Assembly (NCBI GenBank): GCA_904063045.1
Contig: CAJFCJ010000001.1
Coordinates: forward strand, 434,001 to 498,000
Length of the DNA: 64,000 nt
Reading direction: 5' to 3'
Source of the DNA: Dimorphilus gyrociliatus
Lineage: Eukaryota; Animalia; Annelida
The number at the start of each line of letters is the position of its first letter. The stretch's first letter is position 1. The notes under the pieces are model-generated. The model was not told the DNA's origin. It saw only the letters and a list, made by a program, of their open reading frames with translations, and searched no databases. This document shows positions 50,283 to 61,723 of the stretch, piece after piece. A program made the position numbers and the translations under genes.

Positions 50283-50966
50283 GCAAAATAACCGGTAGAG
50301 GGCCGAATGATGACGAATCCAGTGAAAATGTGTCGATATGTGTTTACAGGATACAAATTTCCATTGTCCGATCGGTTTACAAGCGAAATTTTAGAAAGGA
50401 ATTTCTTTGTTTCACCGAAATCACGATCTAATAAATAAATCTCTTTTCTCTCAAGACATATATACAGACGGTCAGAACCGCAATTTAAGCGTAAAAGTGC
50501 AATAAACATAAGTGACAAGGTCGACTCTTGGCAGACGTCGGGTAGATTCCATTAGACGCTCCTTTTAATTAGTCTGATTAGTTAGACTCGTTCATAGCCT
50601 ATATCGAAAACTATTATGTTTATACTTTAACCGCCATAAAGATATATAGATATAGTCAGCACAGTTTCCCATGTATTGCGTTGGCAATAGTATTAAATAT
50701 ATTAACGTATGAAATAAAGAGAAGGTACAAATATACGCTATATATGTTTCAAAAGTGTATTTCAACGTATAAATATATATAAATATATAAATATATATAT
50801 TTATATGTATATGTACGTATGTATATAAATATATCAAGTATGCATATATAATTATCGATTGGTATAGGCGGCCCAGGCAGGCAAATAATGGAGGTTTTTA
50901 TCGTCTCATTCGAAGAACCTGAAACTTTGCTCACCTCTTTTACAAATCGCAGGTTGAGCCAAAGTG

Positions 50967-51194
50967 TCAGGCGCCGAATGGACGAAATAGAAAATTGTGC
51001 CTTATTTCCTTTCTTTCCTGTTTCTTTATCTCTCCAAACAAAAGATATGCGGTAATAAAAGATAGGTAAGCGACCACCCACGAAGACTGTCTCGTAAAAC
51101 AAAGACTCAAAATAGTAGAGACTGACATGAAAATGAATTCCAGACTGTGCCTACGTCTGACCATATCGTTTTTCTTTAGTATATCTACACACAT
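50967..51194 (-). CDS. Possible 75-aa two-TM microprotein
   Basis: ATG-initiated ORF in a GC-elevated island, with two hydrophobic segments and a basic tail, downstream of a long pyrimidine tract and possible acceptors; no family recognised. Confidence 0.3.
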   Translation of the reverse strand: MCVDILKKNDMVRRRHSLEFIFMSVSTILSLCFTRQSSWVVAYLSFITAYLLFGEIKKQERKEIRHNFLFRPFGA

Positions 51195-51249
51195 TTTGCA
51201 GAATTCGATATATATTTATTTAAATACATAATCTGCAAAATGTGTAGAT
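51183..51249. repeat. Inverted repeat / hairpin (about 18-bp stem, 29-nt loop)
   Basis: ATCTAC(AC)ACATTTTGCAGA pairs with TCTGCAAAATGTGTAGAT; 14 bp are perfect (51189-51202 with 51232-51245). Confidence 0.8.
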
Positions 51250-52279
51250 TAAAAATATAAATATCCTGATATTTGTATATGAATAATATACCTATAAACA
51301 GAAGATAGCATGAGAGAGAAAGAGAGAGACAGACAGACAGACAGCAGAGAACGAGTGAGAGTGAGAAAGCCAGACAGATTGGGAGGAGAGGTCGAGAGAG
51401 AAAGCGAGAGAGTCAGAGAGAGAGAGAAAAGCAGCAAACCAAAATTCTTTTATTAGCTTCCAGCTTTCCGTTGCCTTGACGACGTTATCGTCATATTCTG
51501 ATGTCGTTTAGTGCACTAGAATCACATGTTCCATACACCGCGTCGGTTTTGTGCTCTCGCATAGTTTCGCTGCGCACGTTACGCCGTTCTCCGGCTTACT
51601 GCCGCCGGAGCCCAGACCGACTGAGCATAGGCCTATGTTTGTTCTGCGCAAACACTGTAGGCGGAGCCTGTCGAGAACTGACCGGAAACCGAATATTTTC
51701 TCTAGTACTTTGGACAATATATATTATGCATTCTATTCGGTCAAATTTATTTTCTATAAGGCGTAGACGAAATATTAATCGTCGCTTTAGGGGGATGAAA
51801 GAAGAGAAGGGAAGAGGGAGGGGGAAAAATGAGTTGTCAGACGTATAGCGTATTTCCATCCATCATACAGACACCATATAAAACAATTTAGAAAACCTTT
51901 TCCCGTCACGTGATAGTGAAAAAGCGTGTACGAGCGTCGAATGTTAAGACAGTATGAATAATAAAACGATTAGGCGCGTTTCAAATGTTTGTTGGAGGTA
52001 AACAAGTCAGACGACGTAAATTAATATAGATTTCGACGTTGTGCCAATGTGCCTGTTGTATAGATCGAAACAATCGACGATTGTTGACAGTATGCAGATT
52101 AGGCTACATCAAACGTTGGCAAAAACAAAAAAAAAACGCGACTGCGCATTTTATTACACCAGGTTCATTTGCATTCTAATTATAAAAACTTCAGCCGCCT
52201 ACGTGTGTGCTTTGGCATGCTCTTAGTCTTTTTAAAAGTGAACAAAAATATATAATTTTACTTCAAGGAACAAATAACA

Positions 52280-54177
52280 TCAGATAGATGGCGCTATTCT
52301 ATGCTCTAGTCTCTGATAGCGTTTAGCTTTCAGGAATCTTCTCCATATCATTGAGTAAGCAACTCCAAATACACAGAACACTACAAGGAGACAGACAATA
52401 ACTATGAAAATTGCTAATCCAATTAGTGGAGATGGTAGAACCGTAGGTAAACTATTTGTTACTCTCAGCATAAATCCAGGAGCCCAACCTATTACAGTGC
52501 CATTTATGTCTTGTCTAAAAGTTAATTTTTTCCAGTTTGAACCATTAAATCCATAACCTTTAACCAATAATTTTTCAATATAGTGCATTTGCATGCAATA
52601 GATCCATTTAAATTTATCCTTTTTAGGTATATTAGAGATTTCGGTCCAAGTTTTATTACAGAAATTTGCTCTGGCGTTTTGAAAGCTCTTATAACTGAAT
52701 TTTTCTGCTTTTTTACAAGTTGTTAAATTCAAGAATGAAACAGGATAACAAAATCCTGAAAATGCTAAAAACTCATCAACATTTTTCAAGTTTGGCATAT
52801 AGACACCATTGAAAGAGCAATTACCCTTTCCATATGGACAATTCTTCCAATTAAATAATTGATCTAGCTCATTTTTGCATCCCTCATCGTTACTCTGGCC
52901 TATAAATGTATATATTTCTTCTTTATTATTTGTCGTCCTGTTTGTACATGGAAGTTGAAAAATATCTGTTGAATTAAGTGTCTGATTATATCCGGATGGT
53001 AAACAAAATGATTTTATTGGTCCCGTTCCAGTCTTATTTTTATTTATCAAATGTGCGAAATACCGATTTTTAATCTCGTCTAAACCATAACAAGAATAGC
53101 TATGAGTATATACTTTAAATTTCCAACCAAATAGAGTCAAGTTTTGAGAGTATGCTTTAGGTATAGTTTGTTTGTAAGAGTCAAAAGTTATTTGTGTTGA
53201 TGCTCCTCCCATATCCAAAGCCCCTACTGTTTTTGGATTTTCTTTAACAAGATTAAATACAGACATTGTACCAAATTTATTCAATATATAGTTGACGGCA
53301 ACCCAAGAATCGGTGCCTTCTTCTTCACCGGATAAAATTCGAACATTTTGTGTTTCATTCTTCAGATGGAAAGATGTTGATGAGAATGCTTCACGGACAG
53401 CATCTAATATTGAGTCCGCGGCTTTAGGATTACGTTGCTTGAGCAGTCTCATCCCTGCTGTTGCACCTAAATAAATAGGCGTCTCTGAAGGTTTTTTTAA
53501 AACCTTTTTAGTCTTTTTTATTATAGGTTCCAAAGACTCTTTTACACTCGTGGGATTAACGCTGTATGCAGAAATACCCTTTTCAGTGGCGTTAGAACGC
53601 CAAATTTCCTCTATAGCACCAGTACCGTTCTGCTTTTGTCCTGGCCATTTGTAAACAAAACTTTTTGTATGAGATGATCCGGCATCAAAAACAACACCGT
53701 ACTGGAATACTGATTGTTTCGGATAAACTGAAACTACAATAACTGCTGCAAGCAAACAAACAGCAATAATAAAGCTTATAATAGCCAGTGAACAATAATG
53801 TCTCCCATTTCGTCGAAAAGAATCTTGGCTGCTCATTAACAGATAAAGAACTTGACCTTCGTGCACACCGCACTTTTTTATTCTTAAAGTTTTTCTCAAT
53901 GTTTTACCATCAGCAGTTTGTAAAACAAAATTTGAAGGATTGGGTACATTATGAAGAGCGCAATAGCTTTTTATTAGATCATTAATTGTATCAATGTCTG
54001 CACAGTCAATTTCGCTACGGCCTTGTAGATCTTCCAAGGAACAATGAATGTTGATTGTAAAGTTAGGTACATTTATGCATTCTTCTTGATCGTCTACCTG
54101 CACTGAAAAAATAAGAATGTGCAAAGAATTTAATTTTTATATTCTTAAAGTCGAGTGGGCGTTTTACTTACTAGCAT
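52280..54177 (-). CDS. CD39-type ectonucleoside triphosphate diphosphohydrolase (ENTPD1/2/3/8-like) with N-terminal ubiquitin-like domain
   Basis: Exon 54177-54172 (ATG CTA|GTAAGT), a 74-nt intron, then exon 54097-52280. ACR1 DAGSSHT, ACR2 GATAGMRLL, ACR3 SGEEEG, ACR4 DMGGASTQ and ACR5 IGWAPG are present, with TM helices near both ends. Confidence 0.93.
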
Positions 54178-54459
54178 TTGCTTATCAGAGCTGATTTTCA
54201 ATAAATTAAAGAGTATTTGTTTTCACTTTGCCAATCATGTGATAGGTCACGTGTTTTTTAATAGAGCATTAAAAATTTTTATCGTTAAATTTTAAAACTA
54301 TATGCTCTCAAGTAAATTAAATGAAGCATTTTGTCGTAAGATTTAACAAAATAACCAAATTTACAAAATAAATTTAAGATTAGGTTATTATATCAAAGTT
54401 TATTAAGCACGCTTTCTTTGAATAGCCTCGCAGAAATATCGTCTGCTAATTTCAACGGC
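54178..54459. promoter_or_regulatory. Compact bidirectional promoter (NTPDase / POLR1E)
   Basis: Only 282 bp separate the divergent ATGs. The interval contains CCAAT (54231-54235), ATCATGTGAT (54234-54243) and the E-box GTCACGTG (54246-54253). Confidence 0.6.
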
Positions 54460-55763
54460 ATGGATAAAAACGATTCTTGTAACTATCGTGTACAGCTTTG
54501 CTCAAGTCTATCACGTCAATACGTTCTCGCAAATTTTAGCAATGGCACTATCAGTGGAAATAATTTACAAAAAAATTTCCAGCTGAAACAAGCAGAAAAA
54601 GGAAAGAAAAGATTCCTGTGTGCTGAGAGATCAAGCGAATCGCAAATTCCTGAAGGTTTAAGTTTTCATGGAGAAGTAAAACGACAAAAGTTCGTTAAAG
54701 GTATAATTTTTAATAAATGACTGTTAACAACTCTATTGAGAATAATAATTGCTATGTAGGTAATGATGGTGAAGATTCATGCTTGGCTGAGAAATCACTA
54801 CTAATCTGCGAAAGAAATGATGAAGAAAAAGTACTAAAGATTTACTTAACAACTGCAACTTGCGAGTTAACAGCTAATGTCGAAGGGGAAAAATCAAACT
54901 TCGACGAAGAGGACAGAGATCAATCGAAAGAAAGCACAAGAGATAAGAAGCAAAATCTTATAGAATTATTTGGTGATGCCAAGAGAAAACGTGGTCAAAG
55001 GCTTAAGTTAAAAAACCGTGATGTCATTGACGAAAAAGCAGCAGAAAAAACTGTAAAAGAATCTTCGCAAAAAGTAATTGAAAAGTTAGAAGGCGAAGAA
55101 CCCGCTGAAGAAGAGGACACGATGGATGACTTACGACCGCCATTCAATAGTGAGGCAAAGGAGCCGAAGAAAGTTTATAACATGGACATGGTCTTTCCCC
55201 CAGAAGTTTGGCAGTGCCTAGAAGACAAAAGTCAAGAGCTTGCTAAAGATGCAGATTCTGATTTTAAACTATTAGCCCATAAATATTCCATCTTCATAGC
55301 AGAACTGGTGCAAAAATATAAAACCAAAGACAAATCACTGCGAATTCTCCTCTATTTAGATGTTTTATTAAGGATTCACAATAGTCATGGAATGGGACTG
55401 AAATCCTTGAAAGTTAATTATATACCTAGAACTGTTATGGAAGGAATTTTAAATTTTTATAGTACAAAGGATAAGAATGAAGCACGTAAAGTTATTCGTG
55501 TGAAGTCCAGATATCAGAATCTTCTACTACAAGTTCACGTCATTCTCTTACGATTGCATTTGGATAATTTCTGTATAGATACCCAACAAGTGGCTAACTC
55601 ATTGTTCAAACCGGCAAATGACATTATAAAACTAGCAAAGTTCTTAGGGTGTACGATAAAGAAGTCTTCAGTAAACGAATCTATAACAGCCAACTTAATA
55701 TGCCCTATTAAACTGAATCAAATGAAGAGCTTTAAGAGTAATAAGTCTAAAAAAAATCGCTAA
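54460..55763 (+). CDS. POLR1E: RNA polymerase I subunit RPA49/PAF53 (414 aa)
   Basis: Exons 54460-54700 and 54760-55763 join in frame. Motifs: VLANFSNG, LIELFGDAKRKR, LRPPFNSEAKEPKKVYNMDMVFP, and a C-terminal winged-helix-like region (LHLDNFCID...LAKFLGC). Confidence 0.85.
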
Positions 55764-56325
55764 ATTGGCTATTTGTTTAAGTGTGTAATAGAAGAATAAT
55801 AATATATTTCATTTCGGTGCAATATTTCAATAGTATTAGATGATAAATTACGTGAAATCATGATAAATTATATTGACGAAGTAATATTGGCACAGTTTGT
55901 TTCTACGGTAGTGACATCTTTACTTGAACTTTGGTGTAAAGGTTACGGTGTAGATGTCGCTACCATCGGTATTTTTATAAAAGTTACAAACGAACTTGGT
56001 TACCAGTCAGATTACTACTACAATAGTAAAAACGCTACGATGACGAATCGGATACCATATCAGTATTGTATATTTTTTAAGAATTAAACATAATTATTAC
56101 AAAGAAGTGTTAAAAAAGTGTTGTCGTAGAAACTGAAGACATTGGCGAAAGAGATATTATTATTAAAGAGGTTGTTAATGAAATATAAGTATATAAATTG
56201 CAATTGAGTAAAATTCGGCAGAATATGCGACGAATCACGTGACCATCTTCTCATGAATATTAACGACTAACCCAAAATAGATGCAAAGAACTTAACAAGC
56301 CGATAAATACTTCAAATCTCCGAGA

Positions 56326-57192
56326 ATGCCTGCAACAAAAGTTCAGGTAAATTATTCTATTTGTTTATTAAGACAAATATGCATGGTGTAGTATAATTTA
56401 ATAATATTTTACATGTATATTAGTTAGAAAATAAGAGAATGTATTATATTCGACTGTAGGCTGTTTGATTGAAAATACGAGCGCTGTACAACGAAAATGC
56501 AGTATAAGTAGAATTAATTAATTTTTTTCATCTTTTAACAGCCGTACGGTCCAGCTTGTGGTCAGCATGGCATTTATTCTTTCTATAAATCGTTTAAATA
56601 TTTACGAGGAACAAAGCAAAGAATTATATCGACTGGAGATTTCTTTTTTATGGAAATTGATAATGACCTTCCAGCGATAGGCGAAATACAATTAGTGTGG
56701 ACCGATAAGAATTCTACGGAAGCATTCGTTAGTTTAAAAATCTACTATTTACCGGCCTACGTCTCTGACAGTAAACAAGAACATCACGGCCAGGTAATTA
56801 ATTATTAATCGATATATATTTAATTAATCGAATTATCTTTGTCGAATATATTTGCATGGAAAATTCGCCGCCATAGCGAAAGGCGTATAGAACGTTAAAA
56901 AAGAATAATTCTGTTTACACTTAGCGTTATTGATTTAAGAGCTTTTTGTCAATTAAATAAGGCATAAAAATATTCCAAACACTCTGACCAAAATTTCATT
57001 CGAAAGGAATTTGTTAGTTTATAAACGTAGTTAATCGATAATTGAACGATAAGCAAATTATGCATACATTAATGAAAATAGAACGAATAATACACAAAGG
57101 CAAGGGCTTATTTCATTGCACAGTTCATATCGGCAGTGTGGCGCAAGAACGAACTAACCTCTTCCGGTTCGGCGGCGGTTAGAGCGTTAAAA

Positions 57193-57228
<36 letters not shown>

Positions 57229-60200
57229 GAAATGCGCGCGGTTGTTAGAGTGTTTATCATAAAATTGTGTACGGCCCCAAGGTGGATGAAAATGAATCTT
57301 TGATATGTCAAAACAATCTTATTTTCGAATATATCTATCCATTTGTGTCAATTTTTAATGACTTTTATAAAGAGAATATTAAAAAAATTAATTTGCATAT
57401 TTTTAATTAAAAATCGCCGAGTGTGAAAGCGATTGTTCGTTGTTCGCATAATATTAACCTAAATGTTTATTATATACATTCGACGTTTTATTTAGCTTAG
57501 AATATTAGATATTTTATATTTTAATTAATAATTGACATAAATTTATATTCTAATTAATAATTGACATAAATTTAGAAAATAGTTGAATTAATTATTTCTG
57601 TCTGCTTAAAAGTCTATTTCGACCGCTAATTAAACGTATAGAACGCAGTGAATGAAAGCCGGTAATTAAATACGTTCGAAAACGCCGATAGGGTTTCAAA
57701 ATTTCTGGACCCCCCGTCGGTCCGCCCCTCCGATAACCGCAGCTGTCGGAATCACCCATTCTTTTCTGTTTGCCTAGTCGAAATTATAATGTATAATGTA
57801 TTATGTATATTACATTTGGTTTCTTTCTTCTAAGCGGACTACGGAAACGCTTTTTAAAGGCTATAATGTTTGTGTAAATGTTGAAATAAGCACACTATCA
57901 AAGGGCAACGGACACGCCTTGTTATTTTTATTTTAGCAAAATAATTAACGATTTTTAGACGGTCAATATAAATATTCATGAATTTCAAGATACCCTTCCG
58001 TCTCTTTTTCTCTACGCTACGCTCTTCGATAAGCAAACACATCATGATTGATGCTATTTCATTTGCTAATTGCTACGTTTTTCGTCTATAAATATTTTCT
58101 AAGACAGCCGTAGGCCTAGACGAATGTCGAAATTATCAGTGGAAGATAAGAGTGGTGTAAAATTCAAAAGTAATGCATTCGATAAATCTAGTAATAACTT
58201 ATCGTATTTCAAAGTTGACGAAGTGAAAGGAGATTGTTTATTGCTTGAAAATTTTAGTCAAAACAAGAAAAACAATATACGCGTATATACGGGTGATGCT
58301 TAGTCCGCTTTTGCCCGAAATCTTATTTTCCTACTTTGTCGATATACATATGAAAATTTCGTGCGTGGTTTTGATTTTAGACTAAAAAGATATTCATTTA
58401 TGCCATGTGCACAATTAACTTAGAGTTCTGCGCCATCTAGAAATAAAATAACGTCACGCCGTCTAATTTCAGAACCTATTTACGTATATAGGCTGTTCTT
58501 GGAATGATTTATAAATAGATTTCCCCTTTATCAAATACGAATTAATTTATCAGCAAATTAAAAAGTACAGCTTGCTTGGAATTAGGCAAGCTTACGTAAT
58601 TATACGTATTACGTCATTAGGAGGGGGTACGACGGTGATTGCTGCCTTTTTATCGCTTTCTTTCGCGTGCAACGTTATTTTACGTAATTTATAAAAGAAA
58701 GAAATTAGGTGGAGCGTGTTATTGGGAAATTTCGACCTCACTACAATAATATATTATACATTGTGAAAAATTTACGGAAATGCTTTGTTTGTTTTTCTCT
58801 ATAATATGGCCGACTCGTAAATAGCATTTCGAAAATGTCGGATTAATTATAATTATCCTACTGGACAGGACGAAGTAATTGCTGAAGCCGACAAAGTAGT
58901 AGTGAGCGTCGACAACTTAGCCAAATGGTTGACGGACGACGCCTTCAGGCATTGGATGACCGTTGGTCATAGAGGTCCAGCGAAGGGAGAATGCCAACAA
59001 ACGGATGATATAAACACTAGCAGTTTTCTTCCACCAGCTGTGTCCGTACAACGGAAGCGATCCAGGAAAGCCGGTACGTTTATAAAATATATAGGCCTAC
59101 TTCAATCATTTATTACTCGCGTTTAAAAAAATAATATTTGAGAGTGGTTAGGTTGATTTGGTGCGCGCTATCGTAATTTTAGAAGCAGAATGAGTTATAT
59201 CTTGAGCGTAGACTGGCTTCACCGTCCCTCGCTGATACTAAGCATCTTAGAACAAGCAGCGGGATACCGTTCTTATTCAGGAATTAATGAGAAGCATAAA
59301 AAGTGGATTTTATATTCTCTTATTTGCGCTTTATAGATGACACAGTTTCTTTGAAGAAAATTTATTCCGTAATTCGAATGCGCATAATTTTCTTATACCG
59401 CATCCCTTCTCTATCTCCTTTAGTCTTTGATTATTTACGTATTATTTTTATAGAACAAAAGAAGAAAAAAAAATAACTTCTCATAAATACAGTGCTGCTT
59501 AACATTAAATATACTGAACGTTCGTTTAATTATATATATATATATATATATTAGTATATATATATTAAGAGATAGGAGAAGTAGTGTCTATTTGCACATA
59601 ATGTATAGCAATGTACTGTTGTGAAATTTGAGAAAATCGGATGTCGTGTGTTAATTTATGAAAGCTTGTGTTACTGTAAAGCAAACTTTCGAAGCATAAA
59701 TACATAAGAAAGGTCGATTAATCTATGCTTGAAAAGATTAATGGAAACAACTGGCATTTGCTAGTTAATTACAGACTTACTTTCCGATAGATGTCGTTAA
59801 GTTACCCTTTTTTCGACAGATGGCGGCGACGATTTAGTCATCGTAACTTATGCTCAATACTGCCGATATCGTGCGGCCTTGAAGCGTTTAGAAGGCGTCA
59901 CTAACCAATGGTTAAGGCATACTATCATTAGTGCCTTAGGCGGTTTTTCCCTCCCAACTGGCATTAAACGGGTACTATTTGTAAGGGAGGTTACTTCGCA
60001 CACAAATCTCGACCAGCATCCTTTTAGATTATATGGCGTTACGCCAACATTAAAAGGGAGACCCCGTAAACGAAAACTCAACTACGATGGGGATTCCGAT
60101 AGCGACTTTGTGCCTACAAAAGCTATAAGAACGAGCGTTGACTCAAAACAAGACGATTCTTCCAACGATTCAATACCTTCCACAAACGAAGATTCTGACC

Positions 60201-61375
60201 GTAAATGGTCGGATGATGAACGTGCTGTAGTGAGGGTTAAGCTCGGACCTCGGGGGGAACCACCTAATCAGGAACGCGAGGACTTCCTACTAGACCTTAA
60301 AGAATTCATGAGAAGGAATAATACGCCCGTTGAACGAGCTCCTTTCCTAGGATTTAAACAATTGGACTTGTTCCGTATTTATAAACTCGTTAAGGATTAC
60401 GGAGGCTATGAAGCAGTCTGTTCCAGGCGACTCTGGAAGAACATTTATGACACTTTAGGGGGAAATCCTACTAATACTTCGGCTGCTACATGTACCAGAC
60501 GTCACTACGAGCGTTTAATTTTACCATTTGAGCGCTATTTAACTAGAAAAAACTCTTACAGAACGAAAGAAACAGGCCATGATTTTTCAATTTTAGAAAA
60601 TCAATGGTCAGAAATAAAAGCTAAACATCAATCATCAGAAGTAGGCATTTAATTTTTTTTCTCTTTCTCTTCTATTTAAAGATAAATATAATAAGATTTT
60701 TTTTTCTTTTTTAAAGGCATCTAATCAATTAGCTAAACGCCAAGTAGCTCGACGAACTGTTAAAGACGAGCTCGAAGCTCGACAAATAGAAATTCAAACA
60801 TCAACATCAAATAAATTGTCAACTGGTCGACGGACAATAAAAGACGAATTAGAAGCTAGAAAAATTGCTTCGTTAAACAATGGCCTTAGTTTACCTCAGT
60901 CCTTACCACAAACTGTTTCTCAGTCGATTACACAATCATTTTCACAGTCTTCCAATCCAACGAATGGGTTTGTAGAATTAGCTGTACCTACAGTGGAGAA
61001 TCCTACTTCAAATAAACCTGAGCAAGCCGCTGATGTCGCAAACAATAATTGCTCTATGAATGGGATTACTGCACTTACTCTGCCTTTCAATGTTCCTATG
61101 TTAAATGGAAAATTCAATGTAAGTAATAATAAGAATAAATAGAAATTAATCCTATAAACAATATTGAAAATTACTTTTTCTAACAGTTAGATTTGCTACC
61201 AGCCGCTATACCGGCATTGAACTTACCAAACTTGAACGGCGTATCGACGCTGCCAAGCTTTCCGAAACCGTCTTTCTACGTTCCGACGGCCTTAAATGGA
61301 TTAAGTGGAATACCTTTTCCACCTTTAGCGAATGTCGTTGGAACTTTGACACCACCGGAGATTCTTCGAAAATGA
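56326..61375 (+). CDS. ARID5B: ARID5B-like transcription factor (BAH-like plus ARID domains, about 629 aa)
   Basis: Exons 56326-56346, 56542-56793, 58869-59073, 59820-60640, 60717-61118 and 61187-61375 are phase-consistent. The N-terminus (PACGQHGIYSFYKSF...GDFFF...DEVIAE...YAQYCRYR) matches recalled ARID5B. The ARID domain reads FMRRNNTPVERAPFLGFKQLDL...GGNPTNTSAATCTRRHYERLILPFE. Confidence 0.93.
57196..57224 (+). repeat. Poly(A) tract (about 29 nt) in ARID5 intron 2
   Basis: Homopolymer read directly. Confidence 0.9.
57522..57574. repeat. Direct tandem duplication of TAATTAATAATTGACATAAATTTA (24 bp, 2 copies)
   Basis: Two identical copies 29 bp apart, read directly. Confidence 0.85.
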
Positions 61376-61454
61376 ACTCTAGCACAATTTTTTAGTGAAT
61401 GCGCTCTTTAACATAAATGTGTATAGCTATCTAATATAGCTAAAACCAGTCCAC

Positions 61455-61486
<32 letters not shown>

Positions 61487-61723
61487 GATATGTATATATA
61501 TTTATGTGTGCAATGAACTCTGACACGGTGTTAACAATATTAGTAGTTAATCTGGGAATGCAGCGGTTTTTCACTGCCGAAACATACATATACATATTTT
61601 TTTATTTACGGTACTATACAGTATAGATGATGAAAACTAAAATACATGATTGATAAGAACGAGAATTCGCAGATGTTGTTATTCTTTATAGTATATTAAT
61701 GGATAAGTTTCTTCGAAAGTTAA

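Noticed and set aside
50201-50518. 105-aa minus-strand ORF overlapping the last BBS5 exon
   Set aside because: TTG start, no motif, and it lies over the BBS5 CDS and 3' UTR (AATAAA near 50430 and 50500).
55860-56087. 75-aa ORF between POLR1E and ARID5
   Set aside because: No motif or splice support; likely POLR1E 3' UTR or intergenic sequence.
57132-57224. tRNA-like head (TGGCGCAAG…GGTTCG) followed by a poly(A)29 tail, as a possible SINE
   Set aside because: The A-to-B box spacing is too short, the B box is incomplete, there is no convincing TSD and no second copy in the window.
59817-59827. CAGATGGCGGC as a CTCF/YY1-like site
   Set aside because: It is the ARID5 splice acceptor plus the first codons of exon 4.
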